NCBI RefSeq assembly: GCF_963921235.1
Contig: NC_086097.1
Span: forward strand, 201,378,001-201,442,000
Source: Mobula hypostoma
Taxonomy: Eukaryota
DNA length: 64,000 nt
Direction: 5' to 3'
Made by a program: the position numbers and the translations under genes. The notes beneath the pieces were generated by a model, which saw nothing but the letters and a program-made list of their open reading frames with translations, was not told the origin of the DNA and did not search any database. Below are positions 63,304 through 64,000 of this stretch, in pieces; position 1 is the stretch's first letter; each line of letters begins with the position of its first letter.

Positions 63304-64000
63304 TCATAGGATTATGTTATTGTTAGATAGGTTAGTAGGCATACTTACGGGAGTTTGAACTACTCTACTTATGATCGCTTTTGTACTAGCAAAAAAGATG
63401 TAAATTATGATAAAGTATATCAGGACAATTATTGTAACTTGTAATAGTGAGTAAATCCAGCTTCCTATGCTTAAATGAACCCAATCAAACAGATCCCATC
63501 CATGACTGATGTATTTTTGCTGTTTCTGTACACATATGATCGCCAAATCAGTTGTCCTCAGACTCATCAGTTACAACACTTCTTGCACATACTTCCACCT
63601 TAACTGCGAAGAGAAAATCTAAAGCCATACGATTTTGAAGAGCCTTCTTACGTACTGCAACTATTTCTGTTGTTACTTTTCCCAAGACATCAGCAGTGTG
63701 ATTGCTTACCCTTTCTAAAACTGCAGCATCATTTTTCATCTCTTATTCTCCTTACAACACCATAAAATGGGAATAAAATTGATGAAAAACGAATTCCTTC
63801 TGCAATGACTTGTTTACTTCTTGACTTGGGAGGTAAAGGTAAAGACTGTGTGTGTCTCATGGCAGAGAAATCCTACCCAAAATAACAAGATCCAAAAGCA
63901 ATTACGTGGAAGTGAGTTGTAGGCTCCATTTCTGCCACATAAAGTATATATTGTTCCCTGAACGTAGACCACTTCTTATTACTCGACAGGAGGTGTTGAA
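63304..64000 (-). pseudogene. env: Retroviral env remnant (gamma-type TM subunit)
   Basis: Heptad followed by immunosuppressive domain ALQNRMALDFLFA and VCA, a frameshifted TGT TGT (CX6CC remnant), membrane-proximal GWDLFDW, and a hydrophobic TM anchor. Upstream are an LCG..AYNSLP.N SU remnant and a fusion-peptide-like FSSILFPFYGV. Confidence 0.88.

Noticed and set aside
63304..63739. env as a domesticated syncytin-like gene
   Set aside because: Frameshifts and deletions at the CX6CC motif and upstream, and the furin site is degraded.

Overview
Vertebrate genomic DNA. The repeat content (dense CR1 with Penelope-like, Rex1-Babar and V-SINE elements) suggests a cartilaginous fish, probably a ray; this is an inference. 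Two host genes sit head to head. On the minus strand I reconstructed the 5' part of CCDC178 by hand: one non-coding first exon and six phase-compatible coding exons, from about 54.2 kb down to 788, continuing beyond the window. On the plus strand lies exon 1 of ASXL3 (MKDKRKKKDRTWAEAARL, 54564-54617). The two genes appear to share a compact bidirectional promoter with RFX X-boxes, a TATA element and a TMTCGCGANR motif. Almost everything else is intronic mobile DNA: nested CR1, Rex1-Babar, RTE and L2 LINEs, an IR/DR Tc1 transposon, MITEs, SINEs, a solo LTR, and an endogenous retrovirus env remnant with its 3' LTR. The most striking structure is a family of young, TSD-flanked, fold-back (palindromic) Penelope-derived mini-elements built around a minimal hammerhead ribozyme motif. 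Gene names come from my recall of the human proteins; no database search was run.
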